From a virus (lineage: Duplodnaviria; Heunggongvirae; Uroviricota; Caudoviricetes): a stretch of DNA of 64,000 nt. The notes under the pieces were generated by a model, which worked only from the letters and a program-made list of their open reading frames with translations, was not told the origin of the DNA and did no database searches. Of this stretch, positions 1 to 8,777 are shown in pieces. The stretch lies in IMG/VR virus record IMGVR_UViG_3300042691_028414; one strand, written 5' to 3'. Within the stretch, counting starts at the first letter, position 1. Each line of letters starts with the position of its first letter. The translations under genes were made by a program, and so were the position numbers.

Positions 1-355
1 GTTCATCTTCTCGTTTTAAACCAAAATTAGTGGTGTGACATATAACCTGTGACATAACGCCAGCGTCCCACCCTAACATAACATCCCCCTCACTAAACCT
101 ATTATCACCCATCAACTCAAGTGCTTTTTGGAAACCATATAAAACACCTCTTTTAAATGATTTTGGATTTAATGTTGCATATTGCCCTGTTAATTCTTCA
201 GCCAACTCATCCAAATCATAACCATTCTCAATGACTTGGCAGTTTTTAATAGATAATGATAATCCTTCTTTATTCAATGATGTTGACGCGATAACAACCC
301 CCTTGTCATCTTCAAGGATATAGTTTACTTCTGTTTTAATCAATTTTGCTTTCAT
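1..355 (-). CDS. hypothetical protein, partial; start codon at 353-355 and the C-terminus runs off the window edge
   Basis: My own minus-strand translation from ATG at 355: MKAKLIKTEVNYILEDDKGVVIAST... is open to position 1. The start overlaps the stop of the next gene in an ATGA arrangement. Confidence 0.4.
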   Translation of the reverse strand, partial: MKAKLIKTEVNYILEDDKGVVIASTSLNKEGLSLSIKNCQVIENGYDLDELAEELTGQYATLNPKSFKRGVLYGFQKALELMGDNRFSEGDVMLGWDAGVMSQVICHTTNFGLKREDE

Positions 356-594
356 CAATCAATCATTTTATAAGTTGTGGATTTAACTTCTTCACCCTTT
401 CTTTTTTCAACCAGTTTTTTGTATTCTTCAATTTTTTCCAAAGCAAGAGATTCACTACTAAATGAACCACAAAATAAATTATCCCATCTTATTTCTTGTC
501 GTTTAATCCATCCACCTGAAATGTGTAAATAACCTTTCTGTGGTATATATCGTTTCTCTCCATTGTTTCTTTCTTCAATCTTAATTCTATACAT
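355..594 (-). CDS. hypothetical protein
   Basis: 79-aa ORF, tightly packed in the minus-strand gene array. Confidence 0.45.
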   Translation of the reverse strand: MYRIKIEERNNGEKRYIPQKGYLHISGGWIKRQEIRWDNLFCGSFSSESLALEKIEEYKKLVEKRKGEEVKSTTYKMID

Positions 595-602
595 AACCTT
601 TT

Positions 603-860
603 TTATTTGTGAATTACATAATTAGGTTCTTCAGTACTTTGGAATCTATATATTGGTTGATCATACGCACCTATTTTTACAGTACTAACTTGTTCGTACC
701 ACTCACTAAATGGACGAGCGTATTGTGATCCAAATGATAATGAACGATACACAACAAGTGGTTCATTTGTCTCCGTGTGATTACACATACAAATGACTTC
801 ATATTGTCCACCTTTGTAATGTTGGTATTTTTCTCCTGGTTTTGGGTATTTTGTTGTCAT
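603..860 (-). CDS. DUF1653-like protein
   Basis: The HYKGGQYEV...VVYRSL pattern is typical of DUF1653. Confidence 0.55.
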   Translation of the reverse strand: MTTKYPKPGEKYQHYKGGQYEVICMCNHTETNEPLVVYRSLSFGSQYARPFSEWYEQVSTVKIGAYDQPIYRFQSTEEPNYVIHK

Positions 861-872
861 TGTTAAAATATA

Positions 873-1079
873 TTAAGAGTTTTTCCATTCTTTCCAAGTA
901 TCAAAATCCTTAAGGGATTCCAATCTTTCTTTTTCCATTTCTTTTGCTCTAGTTCCAATTCTATAAACATCATCTTCAATAGTGTCTTCATTTAATGTTC
1001 CTGTCATATATTGAATCATTAATTTCATTGCCTCGTCTATCAACCATTCTACTGGTGATTGTATATTATTGTTCTCCAT
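873..1079 (-). CDS. hypothetical protein; start trimmed to the internal Met to reduce overlap with the next gene
   Basis: The ORF 873..1136 overlaps 1066..1251 by 71 nt. The internal start MENNNIQSPVEW removes most of that overlap. Confidence 0.35.
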   Translation of the reverse strand: MENNNIQSPVEWLIDEAMKLMIQYMTGTLNEDTIEDDVYRIGTRAKEMEKERLESLKDFDTWKEWKNS

Positions 1080-1251
1080 AATGATCCAATTGTTCTTCGT
1101 TGAAGATGTGTAATAATCCGTAATCATCCATTTCACCTACAACACGGATATCACCTTTGATTGTCTCAAATACCCCAATTATTGTACAGGGGAATTTATA
1201 ACCTTTTGGTTTCCACGCCTTGTCTCCTACCTTAAATTTTGTTTCTCTCAT
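1066..1251 (-). CDS. hypothetical protein
   Basis: 61-aa ORF at the head of an operon-like run; a terminator lies immediately upstream. Confidence 0.4.
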   Translation of the reverse strand: MRETKFKVGDKAWKPKGYKFPCTIIGVFETIKGDIRVVGEMDDYGLLHIFNEEQLDHYGEQ

Positions 1252-1290
1252 AATTCTTTTTTCTAATAATAAGAAATTAATATGAAATAA

Positions 1291-1320
1291 AAAACCCCTC
1301 CGATTAAGGAAGGGTTAAGT
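1291..1320. terminator. rho-independent terminator hairpin
   Basis: The sequence aaaaaacccctccgattaaggaagggtt has an imperfect GC stem flanked by A and T runs, and lies downstream of the 1335..1604 stop. Confidence 0.5.
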
Positions 1321-1334
1321 ATTTTGAATCTTTT

Positions 1335-1604
1335 TTATTTTGTTAATTCAATTTCTTCGTAAAGATTATTGTTTTCTGCGGAATTTACTCCATAATATTC
1401 TAACACCACATTACAACCACATTCAGAGTTAAACCTTGAGGTATCGGTGATTAAAATTTTATCACCACTAACCTTATGTGTTACAAAGTCACCTGGACTA
1501 AATTTAAACTTTCGTTTGTAATATTCTTCATCACTACAACCACATCCTGTTAGAAATAGGATGGTAACAACTATTATCACCATCCCAAATAATCCCTTAA
1601 CCAT
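1335..1604 (-). CDS. small lipoprotein
   Basis: Signal peptide ending in the lipobox LTGC (MVKGLFGMVIIVVTILFLTGCGC). Confidence 0.55.
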   Translation of the reverse strand: MVKGLFGMVIIVVTILFLTGCGCSDEEYYKRKFKFSPGDFVTHKVSGDKILITDTSRFNSECGCNVVLEYYGVNSAENNNLYEEIELTK

Positions 1605-2554
1605 TATTTATTCAAGTTTAAGAACATTCCTGAATTACCTGCCACCGTTGTTGGTAACTTCCCATCCCACGAATTTGCTTTCAAATATTCAATATACAAC
1701 GGTGTTAACCTATCTTGTTTAATCTTGATTGCAAGTGCTGCGGCATTGGCATTAATAACTGTCTCAGCAGAATCCGCTCTTGCCACCGCAACCTTTCTTT
1801 TACCTTCCGCGATTGCTGCGATTGCCTGTTGTTCTGACGCTTCAGCCTGTTGTATCGCCTTTGTCTTTGCGATAATTGATTCTTGTAACGCTTCAGGTGG
1901 TGTAATATTCGTTCTCAACTGTGAAACATCAAACCATTTTGTCAATCGTTTATTACATTCCGCCACGATTGCCGCCTCAAATTGTTGACGATTACTAAAG
2001 ATACTATCAACTTCCCATTTATTTGCTTCATCATTAACTGCTCCAACGATTGCATTTTTCAACCATCCTTGTTCAATATCTTTAACCTCAAGACGAAGAT
2101 TAACGAACATATCACCAATCGCATCAGGTTTTAATGAGTAGTTAAATGATGGTTTAATTGTTGCTGAGAATCCACCTTTTGTAATTACCACCTGATCATC
2201 ATACTCAATATGTTGTTGGTAAGTTGGGAACTCAAGAACTTGTTTAAACCAAGTATTATACATAACCCACCCTGTTGTATATTGGTAATTTTGTACACCT
2301 CTGTTGTCACCAGTTAAGTTTACAATAATACCCTTATGTCCCGCATCAATTCTTTCAACCGCAAATGGTTGGAATAACGATACAAGAGTTCCAAAGACAA
2401 AAATACCAAGTGGTTTAAATAACCACGCCGCATTAAACTTTTCTCTATTATCTCCCCATCTGTCTGTACTTGTTACATACATATTACCTCTTGTTTTCAT
2501 TGCGAATACTACCGCCGCAATCAAACACACTACAAAAATTACTGTACTAATCAT
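1604..2554 (-). CDS. SPFH/band-7 (stomatin/prohibitin-like) membrane protein
   Basis: N-terminal TM helix followed by a band-7 core and an Ala/Gln-rich coiled coil (AIQQAEASEQQAIAAIAEGKRKVAVARA...). Confidence 0.65.
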   Translation of the reverse strand: MISTVIFVVCLIAAVVFAMKTRGNMYVTSTDRWGDNREKFNAAWLFKPLGIFVFGTLVSLFQPFAVERIDAGHKGIIVNLTGDNRGVQNYQYTTGWVMYNTWFKQVLEFPTYQQHIEYDDQVVITKGGFSATIKPSFNYSLKPDAIGDMFVNLRLEVKDIEQGWLKNAIVGAVNDEANKWEVDSIFSNRQQFEAAIVAECNKRLTKWFDVSQLRTNITPPEALQESIIAKTKAIQQAEASEQQAIAAIAEGKRKVAVARADSAETVINANAAALAIKIKQDRLTPLYIEYLKANSWDGKLPTTVAGNSGMFLNLNK

Positions 2555-2745
2555 TTTTCTTCTTTCTTATTGTTTGTTAAAATTTTTATTGTTTCGTTTC
2601 CCATTATTCCAAAGATCCCTACCATACCAACGAAACCTAAAAGTTGGAGGAACCCGTTAACATTTCTACTTACGACATACTCACCGTAAAGTGATGCGAT
2701 GACAATAAATGTCAACCACATCAAAAATAATTTAAAATATTTCAT
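2551..2745 (-). CDS. small two-TM membrane protein, possible partner of the SPFH protein
   Basis: 64 aa with two hydrophobic helices. Its start overlaps the stop of the SPFH gene by 4 nt. Confidence 0.45.
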   Translation of the reverse strand: MKYFKLFLMWLTFIVIASLYGEYVVSRNVNGFLQLLGFVGMVGIFGIMGNETIKILTNNKKEEK

Positions 2746-2790
2746 ACTGATTTTTTTATATTGATTACAATACTACTAAAAAAATTTGAA

Positions 2791-3420
2791 TTATCCAAAT
2801 GTTTGGATCTTTGCATTCACCTCAACTAAATCCGTCCAAGTACCTAAGTATGTTACCGCCCTTACTTTTCTATTATCAATCCAAACATATTCTTGATTAT
2901 CACTAATTCTTGGTTTGTCCATAATTAATTGATGAAATTTGAATCCATGTTCCCAAAGCCATTTTAATGTAACCACTCTATCCTTTTCCTCCCTTGCGGT
3001 AAAAAAAGTAATGGTGTGTCCTTCTTCCGCCCATTTATTAATCTGTTCCAATGATCCCTGAATAACTTTTGCAGTTGGGTATAGGTGAGAGTCCTCGTTC
3101 TTAATGTCATCACAAATTGTTCCATCAATGTCAATCAAGAATATTTTTGATTTAGGTTTGTTTGGTATGTTTATTTTCCCAACAAACTTATGATACCCTT
3201 TTTGAGTTTTTTCATCATAGTAACAAACAGGTATTACATCAAAATCTACTTCCATTAACTTGGGTGGATTTGTTTCTTTAACCCATTCTTTACTTTCATC
3301 AGATAAACTAAATGATTGTCCATTAACATCCCACTCTTTTGTTGTCTTTAACCACCACCCACCTGGTGATGTATATCCGTTATCTTCAAATGGTTCGTAA
3401 TATTTTAAATAACCTTTCAT
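2791..3420 (-). CDS. HAD-superfamily phosphatase with an N-terminal extension
   Basis: HAD motif I FLIDIDGTI (DxDGT) in the C-terminal half. Confidence 0.55.
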   Translation of the reverse strand: MKGYLKYYEPFEDNGYTSPGGWWLKTTKEWDVNGQSFSLSDESKEWVKETNPPKLMEVDFDVIPVCYYDEKTQKGYHKFVGKINIPNKPKSKIFLIDIDGTICDDIKNEDSHLYPTAKVIQGSLEQINKWAEEGHTITFFTAREEKDRVVTLKWLWEHGFKFHQLIMDKPRISDNQEYVWIDNRKVRAVTYLGTWTDLVEVNAKIQTFG

Positions 3421-3680
3421 ATTAATCCTAACTCCTTTCTATACTTTTTCATTTTATCTCTTGCAATTTGAAACTCGTCATTATCACAAGCCTTATGTCC
3501 TTTCATAATTGCCTCCAATATTTTTGACTCATTATCACAGATATAAGAAATTTTTTCAACATTACTTAACCCATCATCCAAAGTTTCATCAAACCAATAC
3601 TTAACATTTTCTACTTTATTACCGTTAAGTTTTTCAAGTAATTCAAGTACTTCTGAATATGTAAAATTATCCTTAATCAC
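3417..3680 (-). CDS. hypothetical protein (GTG start)
   Basis: 87-aa ORF, 4-nt overlap with its neighbour, TATTTAT-type motif upstream. Confidence 0.4.
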   Translation of the reverse strand: MIKDNFTYSEVLELLEKLNGNKVENVKYWFDETLDDGLSNVEKISYICDNESKILEAIMKGHKACDNDEFQIARDKMKKYRKELGLI

Positions 3681-3809
3681 AATTAATAATAAATGTATTT
3701 ATCATGATCCCTATCTTCTTCTTTTTCTTTAATTGGTTTTTTAACGCTTTCAATCACAATTTTAATTGTCTCTGGAAATAGTTGATTCATTCCCACACCA
3801 AAACAAACT

Positions 3810-4121
3810 TCAATGACATTTTTTTCCTTCATAACTGTTTAATGTTTTTAGATTCCATTTTATTTCATATTCTTTTTTTTTATATGTTCCCATATATGTT
3901 GGGACGATAATAGTATCTTTAATATCTAAACAGAAGGTGTCTGCGGGTATTTCCAAACAAAGCCAACCATCACTACTATGGTAGTGCCAATGATCGGGTT
4001 GTTGTACTAATGTATCAGACCATTCAACAGGATACTTTTCAAGATAATAAACATCAACATATGTTGTTCTACACCCAATAAGAATAGAGATTAATCCAAC
4101 AATAAACAATAGTTTTTTCAT
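3810..4121 (-). CDS. lipoprotein
   Basis: MKKLLFIVGLISILIGC: signal peptide plus a lipobox Cys. Confidence 0.55.
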   Translation of the reverse strand: MKKLLFIVGLISILIGCRTTYVDVYYLEKYPVEWSDTLVQQPDHWHYHSSDGWLCLEIPADTFCLDIKDTIIVPTYMGTYKKKEYEIKWNLKTLNSYEGKKCH

Positions 4122-4375
4122 TATTTAATTATCGCTTTTTCCAATGTGTTAATTAATACCTGAACTTTTTCCATCTTATAAAATCTAATAGATGGATCAG
4201 TATTAAATATTTCAACATACCATTCTTCACCTACCAATTCTCCTTTGGATGGTGTAATAAGTGTTAATCCATTTACCACATCATACGCATAGTAATAATC
4301 AGGATTTTCTTGTCCTTCAAAATCAATAATTTCTTCACTTTTAAACCCTAAAAGTATTAGTTCTCTCTCAGTCAT
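4121..4375 (-). CDS. hypothetical protein
   Basis: 84-aa ORF, overlaps the next gene. Confidence 0.45.
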   Translation of the reverse strand: MTERELILLGFKSEEIIDFEGQENPDYYYAYDVVNGLTLITPSKGELVGEEWYVEIFNTDPSIRFYKMEKVQVLINTLEKAIIK

Positions 4376-4477
4376 TTTTTCTAAGTTTTTTTTTAATTCG
4401 TTTAATAATTATTCCTTTAATGTAATGATCCAATTCAAACATATAAGGAATGTGCATTCTCATCCAATCCCAAAGTC

Positions 4478-4717
4478 TTAACATTTTTCTTCAATTTTAA
4501 TTCTGTCGTGTTTATTTTTAAATTGATATAATATCCTTACCAAATCTTCAATAGAATCAAATGCCCATCTTTGAGTTTCAATAACAAAGAAGTCTCCACC
4601 ACCACCATTCTGTGTTTTAACTGTAATGAATTGATATTCATTTGAACAACAATCGTTGTCCTGAGTAAATGTGATTTTAAATTCTTGATCAATAATAGAA
4701 GGTTTATCTGACATCAT
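4478..4717 (-). CDS. hypothetical protein
   Basis: 79-aa ORF. Confidence 0.4.
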   Translation of the reverse strand: MMSDKPSIIDQEFKITFTQDNDCCSNEYQFITVKTQNGGGGDFFVIETQRWAFDSIEDLVRILYQFKNKHDRIKIEEKC

Positions 4718-4889
4718 TCATAATTTTATCTGTGAATACATTTTCATTAACATCGTGTTTACCAAGGTTATAAGAAACATAAGTCTTGTCCTCATAATAA
4801 ACACGAATCATAAGGAACCCTAATTCTGAAATATACACTGTTTCAATTTCACCAACACCCTTTGGTGTGTTAATCTTTGGATTCTTCAT
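4704..4889 (-). CDS. hypothetical small protein; start moved to the internal Met
   Basis: TATATTTG sits 4 nt upstream of the ATG at 4889. The longer ORF-track start would run through that promoter motif and overlap the upstream gene. Confidence 0.45.
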   Translation of the reverse strand: MKNPKINTPKGVGEIETVYISELGFLMIRVYYEDKTYVSYNLGKHDVNENVFTDKIMNDVR

Positions 4890-4911
4890 TTCACAAATAT
4901 AATAAAAATTT

Positions 4912-5163
4912 TTAATTCTCAAACATATCTTCACACCAAATTGGTGTTTTTTCTCCAACATAGGATCCACTAACATTAAAACTGAAATGTTCTAAGGCAT
5001 CTTCCAAAGTCATATCTTCTTCGGTGATTAAGATTTCAATACATTTTCTCACAGAATAAATTAATCTCATTGATTTTTCATCAATTCCAATTACCGCATC
5101 GTCAAATCCATCCGCCTTCAGGATTTCCTCATCTTGATAATACTCCACAATTTCTTCTAACAT
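4912..5163 (-). CDS. hypothetical protein
   Basis: 83-aa acidic ORF. Confidence 0.45.
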   Translation of the reverse strand: MLEEIVEYYQDEEILKADGFDDAVIGIDEKSMRLIYSVRKCIEILITEEDMTLEDALEHFSFNVSGSYVGEKTPIWCEDMFEN

Positions 5164-5168
5164 AATAC

Positions 5169-5270
5169 TTAATCTTTACAACAAACATCAAAAATTATTT
5201 GTGCGGTAATAACTATAATGGTTAAACCAATTACAGATAAATGCATAACTTGTTCAATAATACTTAACAT
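5169..5270 (-). CDS. hydrophobic mini-protein of about 33 aa
   Basis: My own translation: MLSIIEQVMHLSVIGLTIIVITAQIIFDVCCKD. It fills the gap between 5277..5630 and 4912..5163. Too short to appear in the ORF track. Confidence 0.35.
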   Translation of the reverse strand: MLSIIEQVMHLSVIGLTIIVITAQIIFDVCCKD

Positions 5271-5276
5271 ACTTCT

Positions 5277-5630
5277 TTATATTACTATTTTATTATCAAC
5301 TAAAATAGGTTGTGGTAATCCATCTCCCCATCCAACATTTTCAAATGCTTTCGGGTTAGTGAATTCATCTTCCATCTCCAATTCAAACTCTCCACCACTA
5401 CTTAGTATCTCTGTTAATTTTTTTAATGAATTCTCATCATTAGGTACTTGATTAGGTGTTGCCATTATTTTTAGACATTCACTTAATTCTTTTCTTGTCT
5501 CACCACCAACACAAGTTTTAATCTCATTGTTTGGGGTTAGATATAAATCATTTTTCATTATTGGTTGTTTTGCAACCACATACGGTAACTCATTTGGATC
5601 AACCAATACCAACTTTACACTTTTTCTCAT
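5277..5630 (-). CDS. hypothetical protein
   Basis: 117-aa ORF. Confidence 0.45.
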   Translation of the reverse strand: MRKSVKLVLVDPNELPYVVAKQPIMKNDLYLTPNNEIKTCVGGETRKELSECLKIMATPNQVPNDENSLKKLTEILSSGGEFELEMEDEFTNPKAFENVGWGDGLPQPILVDNKIVI

Positions 5631-5935
5631 TTTTCCACTTTTTTATAGATGTATTTCCAATTATAATTTCCACATTGTCCACAAGAATCTCCTTCATCAG
5701 ATTCTTCCGTATCGTATTCGTATTTTTCAGAAGTAGTAACAACCATTTCAGCAATCTGATACCAATCATTCATACCGAGTTTATCCTTTAATGATTTTAA
5801 TTCATCAATTAATTCGTCCTGTAAGTCAGTAATCATTTCAGGTTTCCTGTTATCATATTCGTGCATGAATAAAGACTCATCATCCACCATAACATCAGGT
5901 CCAAAACAACCCTCACTAATTTCAATTTTTTTCAT
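5627..5935 (-). CDS. hypothetical acidic protein with a C-terminal CGQCGN motif
   Basis: 102-aa ORF, 4-nt overlap with its neighbour. Confidence 0.45.
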   Translation of the reverse strand: MKKIEISEGCFGPDVMVDDESLFMHEYDNRKPEMITDLQDELIDELKSLKDKLGMNDWYQIAEMVVTTSEKYEYDTEESDEGDSCGQCGNYNWKYIYKKVEK

Positions 5936-6273
5936 AACCCTAATCTATGATTTCTGTTCATTTCTAAAATAAACTTTTTTAGACTTTCAACTATTATATC
6001 GGCATCCATTTTTTTATACAAATCAGGATATCTTTCCACAAGTAATTTATTTTCTTCAAGTTCATTACAACTGGTAAGTATATCCTCTAACATTGATTTG
6101 AAGATGTGTTCTTTATCTTTCTCCATATTTTTTTCAAATATCATACCCTCAAGTTCTTGAGTATAATCAATTAACTCTTCAACAGGATGTAAATCTATTA
6201 GATGTTCATTACCTTTAAATATTTCATATATACTCTTCATAGTGTTTATTACATAATGTTCTATACCAACCAA
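5932..6273 (-). CDS. hypothetical protein
   Basis: 113-aa ORF. Confidence 0.45.
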   Translation of the reverse strand: MVGIEHYVINTMKSIYEIFKGNEHLIDLHPVEELIDYTQELEGMIFEKNMEKDKEHIFKSMLEDILTSCNELEENKLLVERYPDLYKKMDADIIVESLKKFILEMNRNHRLGL

Positions 6274-6619
6274 TATCTGTTCTCATATTACCCTTTTCAC
6301 CACAGGTTTCACAGATTTCATAACTATCTTTTTCAGCTTTAACAATTCTTTCATAAATCTCGTTAGAACCTTCATTAATATAAAATCTAAGACCACCAAA
6401 TTTTTCTTTAACTTGACAAGTTTGTTTGTTCCACCCAAGTTTAATTAAATCCTCAATTAATTCTTTAATTAATGGGTACCAACCACTATCAACACCAAAG
6501 AATCCACATTTTGTAATCGGTGGTCTGTCTGTGTAATACCCATTCTCAAGTCCGCCTATGGACTCAAGGTATTTATTCATTTCTTCTTTAGTCATATCAA
6601 TATTTTTTACAATTCCCAA
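6224..6619 (-). CDS. hypothetical protein with a C-terminal CxxC...CxxH zinc-binding motif
   Basis: CETCGEKGNMRTDIGWYRTLCNKH. Confidence 0.45.
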   Translation of the reverse strand: MGIVKNIDMTKEEMNKYLESIGGLENGYYTDRPPITKCGFFGVDSGWYPLIKELIEDLIKLGWNKQTCQVKEKFGGLRFYINEGSNEIYERIVKAEKDSYEICETCGEKGNMRTDIGWYRTLCNKHYEEYI

Positions 6620-6781
6620 ATATCTTTTTTTCTTTTTTTGGTAAACTTAAATGAAAACCATAAAATAACTTTTTGAATTCCTCTTTTAAATGTTTTCATC
6701 TCTTTATATTTTGATTTTGGGAATCTCCCGTGATTCCCCATACTATCATAATCAGCACACCCAACTATATCCTTCATTTTA

Positions 6782-7363
6782 TTAATCTTTCAAATATTTT
6801 AATATCTTTTCTTTAACCCCAGATTGTTTAATACCTTCGTTTGATTTTGGTGTCAATACAAAATTATCTATCGCCCACTCATCTTTCCAGGGTTCACCAA
6901 TTTTACCCATATTCAAGTCATCAATAGAGACCCAATGAGTTACTTCAGGGTGATCATGAAGATATTGTCTAATTTCAATTGTTCGTGTTTGTTCTAAATC
7001 CCATCGTGGGGACCAAATAAATAAATTACCATGAACTGTACACGTACCTATGTTTGGTGTTAATGATATTGGTTTTTTACTTATTCCGTGTAACTCATAG
7101 TACTCACCAAGTTCTTCTAGTGTAGCGTGTAGTTTCCAATCTGAAGATACCACAATCTCAGCTCCTGTTTCTTCAAGAATTTCATTAAGAACTTTAACCG
7201 ACTTAGTGTCAAAATCATCAAAACGAAAAGATACTGGAGCGTCTTTTTTTTCCTTACTACTATCAGGGTTTTCACTACGATAGTTTGCCCATTTTTTCGT
7301 TCGTCCTCCCCAATTATTGGAAAGACAAATAACTCCATCGTGATCCAAAAATATAACTTTCAT
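6782..7363 (-). CDS. HAD-like hydrolase
   Basis: N-terminal VIFLDHDGVI (DxDGV), consistent with HAD motif I. Confidence 0.5.
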   Translation of the reverse strand: MKVIFLDHDGVICLSNNWGGRTKKWANYRSENPDSSKEKKDAPVSFRFDDFDTKSVKVLNEILEETGAEIVVSSDWKLHATLEELGEYYELHGISKKPISLTPNIGTCTVHGNLFIWSPRWDLEQTRTIEIRQYLHDHPEVTHWVSIDDLNMGKIGEPWKDEWAIDNFVLTPKSNEGIKQSGVKEKILKYLKD

Positions 7364-7602
7364 TACCCCTCAATTTTGTTTATGAATGATTGTCGTTTGG
7401 ATGTTACCATTGCCTCAAGTGGCCAAATAACACTATACTGATAATCTCCCCAATACTTGTCAGGAGTGTCTCTCCTTAGTTGATCATTAAAATTTCTAAT
7501 CAATTTTTTGGCAGTAAAAGTTTGTTGGTATGTCTCACAAGAGTCAATAACCTTTTCAATCCATTTTGCAACATCTCCGTAGTGATTACTTCTTTTTTCC
7601 AT
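7363..7602 (-). CDS. hypothetical protein
   Basis: 79-aa ORF. Confidence 0.45.
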   Translation of the reverse strand: MEKRSNHYGDVAKWIEKVIDSCETYQQTFTAKKLIRNFNDQLRRDTPDKYWGDYQYSVIWPLEAMVTSKRQSFINKIEG

Positions 7603-7701
7603 ATTCTTTAATTATTTTTTCAATTTCTTCCATTGTGAACCATATCTTATGTTCACTTTCGTGTACCTCACGAAAATACTCAATTAATTCTTCAACATTC
7701 A

Positions 7702-7782
7702 TTACATATTTTTTTTGTGTTTAAAAAAATACGCAATTAATAAAACTAATGATGTATATAATACAAACAACAATAATCCCAT
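7702..7782 (-). CDS. hydrophobic mini-protein of about 26 aa
   Basis: My own translation: MGLLLFVLYTSLVLLIAYFFKHKKNM. TATATTTG sits 4 nt upstream, with the terminator at 7811-7845 just upstream of the promoter. Confidence 0.35.
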   Translation of the reverse strand: MGLLLFVLYTSLVLLIAYFFKHKKNM

Positions 7783-7810
7783 ATCACAAATATAATAATT
7801 TTTTTTATAT

Positions 7811-7845
7811 AAAACAAACCCCCAACTTACATTGGGGGTTTTATA
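7811..7845. terminator. rho-independent terminator
   Basis: aaacccccaacttacattgggggtttt: an 8-bp GC stem followed by a T-run. Confidence 0.65.
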
Positions 7846-8022
7846 TAGTTTGTTTCAAAGATTAAAATAGGTCAAAAAAAGAGTTTTAAGCTTTAATAAA
7901 ATGCAGGTTGAGTATTTGAATGTTCAATTTTAGTGGACTATTTCTATATCATAATCAATTATCAAATCAGCCGATCGTATAGTTAGAAAAACCAATACTT
8001 TTAACCTTATCCCCAAACCATA

Positions 8023-8457
8023 TTAAATCTCAGTGGTTGCATTGAAAATATCCAACTTATCTTGGATGTTCTCAATTCTATCCTCCATTGACTTAACCAT
8101 TTCATTTCTTGTTACCAATGAAATTTCAGATGTCATCACCAATTCACTCTCCATTCGGTATCTATCTTTGTTTGATTTACCTTCGGTACAATCCATTTTC
8201 TTAAGAGCCTGAATCATTGACTTCAATTCTGACATATAAAAAATGTCCCCCAACACCGGAGTGTTTGCCTTATGGATTTTAGATTTTAATTCAGCCAACT
8301 CTAAAGTGTCTTTACTGATTTGGTTGAATAATACTTCCGTGCTATATGGTCGTTGGTTACCTACTTCAACAGAGTTGTACTGTTGCATTAATTTTGTATT
8401 CTCACCAATACTTTTGACGAGTTTATTTTTTGCTTTTAACGCTTGTTTAATTGTCAT
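8023..8457 (-). CDS. hypothetical coiled-coil protein
   Basis: 144-aa ORF. Confidence 0.5.
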   Translation of the reverse strand: MTIKQALKAKNKLVKSIGENTKLMQQYNSVEVGNQRPYSTEVLFNQISKDTLELAELKSKIHKANTPVLGDIFYMSELKSMIQALKKMDCTEGKSNKDRYRMESELVMTSEISLVTRNEMVKSMEDRIENIQDKLDIFNATTEI

Positions 8458-8529
8458 AACTTTATTTTTTATAAGTGAAAGTTTAGGTTTTTTATTTTAT
8501 TGTGTCAATAGTAAACTAAAATTTTATTT

Positions 8530-8736
8530 TTAAATAAGATGTTCATTCCCATTCAATATGTTAACAATCTTTCTTGCCAAAGTATGTTCTTCAGTATGGT
8601 AAAAAGTATCATTATTGTTTCGTAGATATCTTCTACTCCAATATTTAATAAACAAAAGATCCACTTTTTTTTCAATTATGAATCTTTTGTTTCGTTCATC
8701 AAGAACCATCCTATATTTTCTTTTACCCAATCTCAC
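8530..8736 (-). CDS. hypothetical small basic protein (GTG start)
   Basis: TATATTTG sits 4 nt upstream of the GTG at 8736. Confidence 0.4.
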   Translation of the reverse strand: MRLGKRKYRMVLDERNKRFIIEKKVDLLFIKYWSRRYLRNNNDTFYHTEEHTLARKIVNILNGNEHLI

Positions 8737-8777
8737 TTTGCAAATATAGTAAAAGACTTTAATTAAAACAAATTTAT

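Noticed and set aside
1725-1988. Plus-strand ORFs embedded antisense in minus-strand genes: 1725..1988, 2304..2660, 8243..8533, 9946..10227, 10920..11549, 11625..12138, 18767..19165, 20424..20642, 23386..24162, 26034..26374, 36888..37643, 40719..41194, 44576..44815, 48228..48767, 51868..52140, 54718..55128, 55584..55981, 56248..56976.
   Set aside because: Each lies entirely within a longer, motif-supported gene on the opposite strand. They show low-complexity, Phe/Leu/Ile-rich translations typical of antisense frames in 70% AT DNA, and none has an upstream motif or a terminator.
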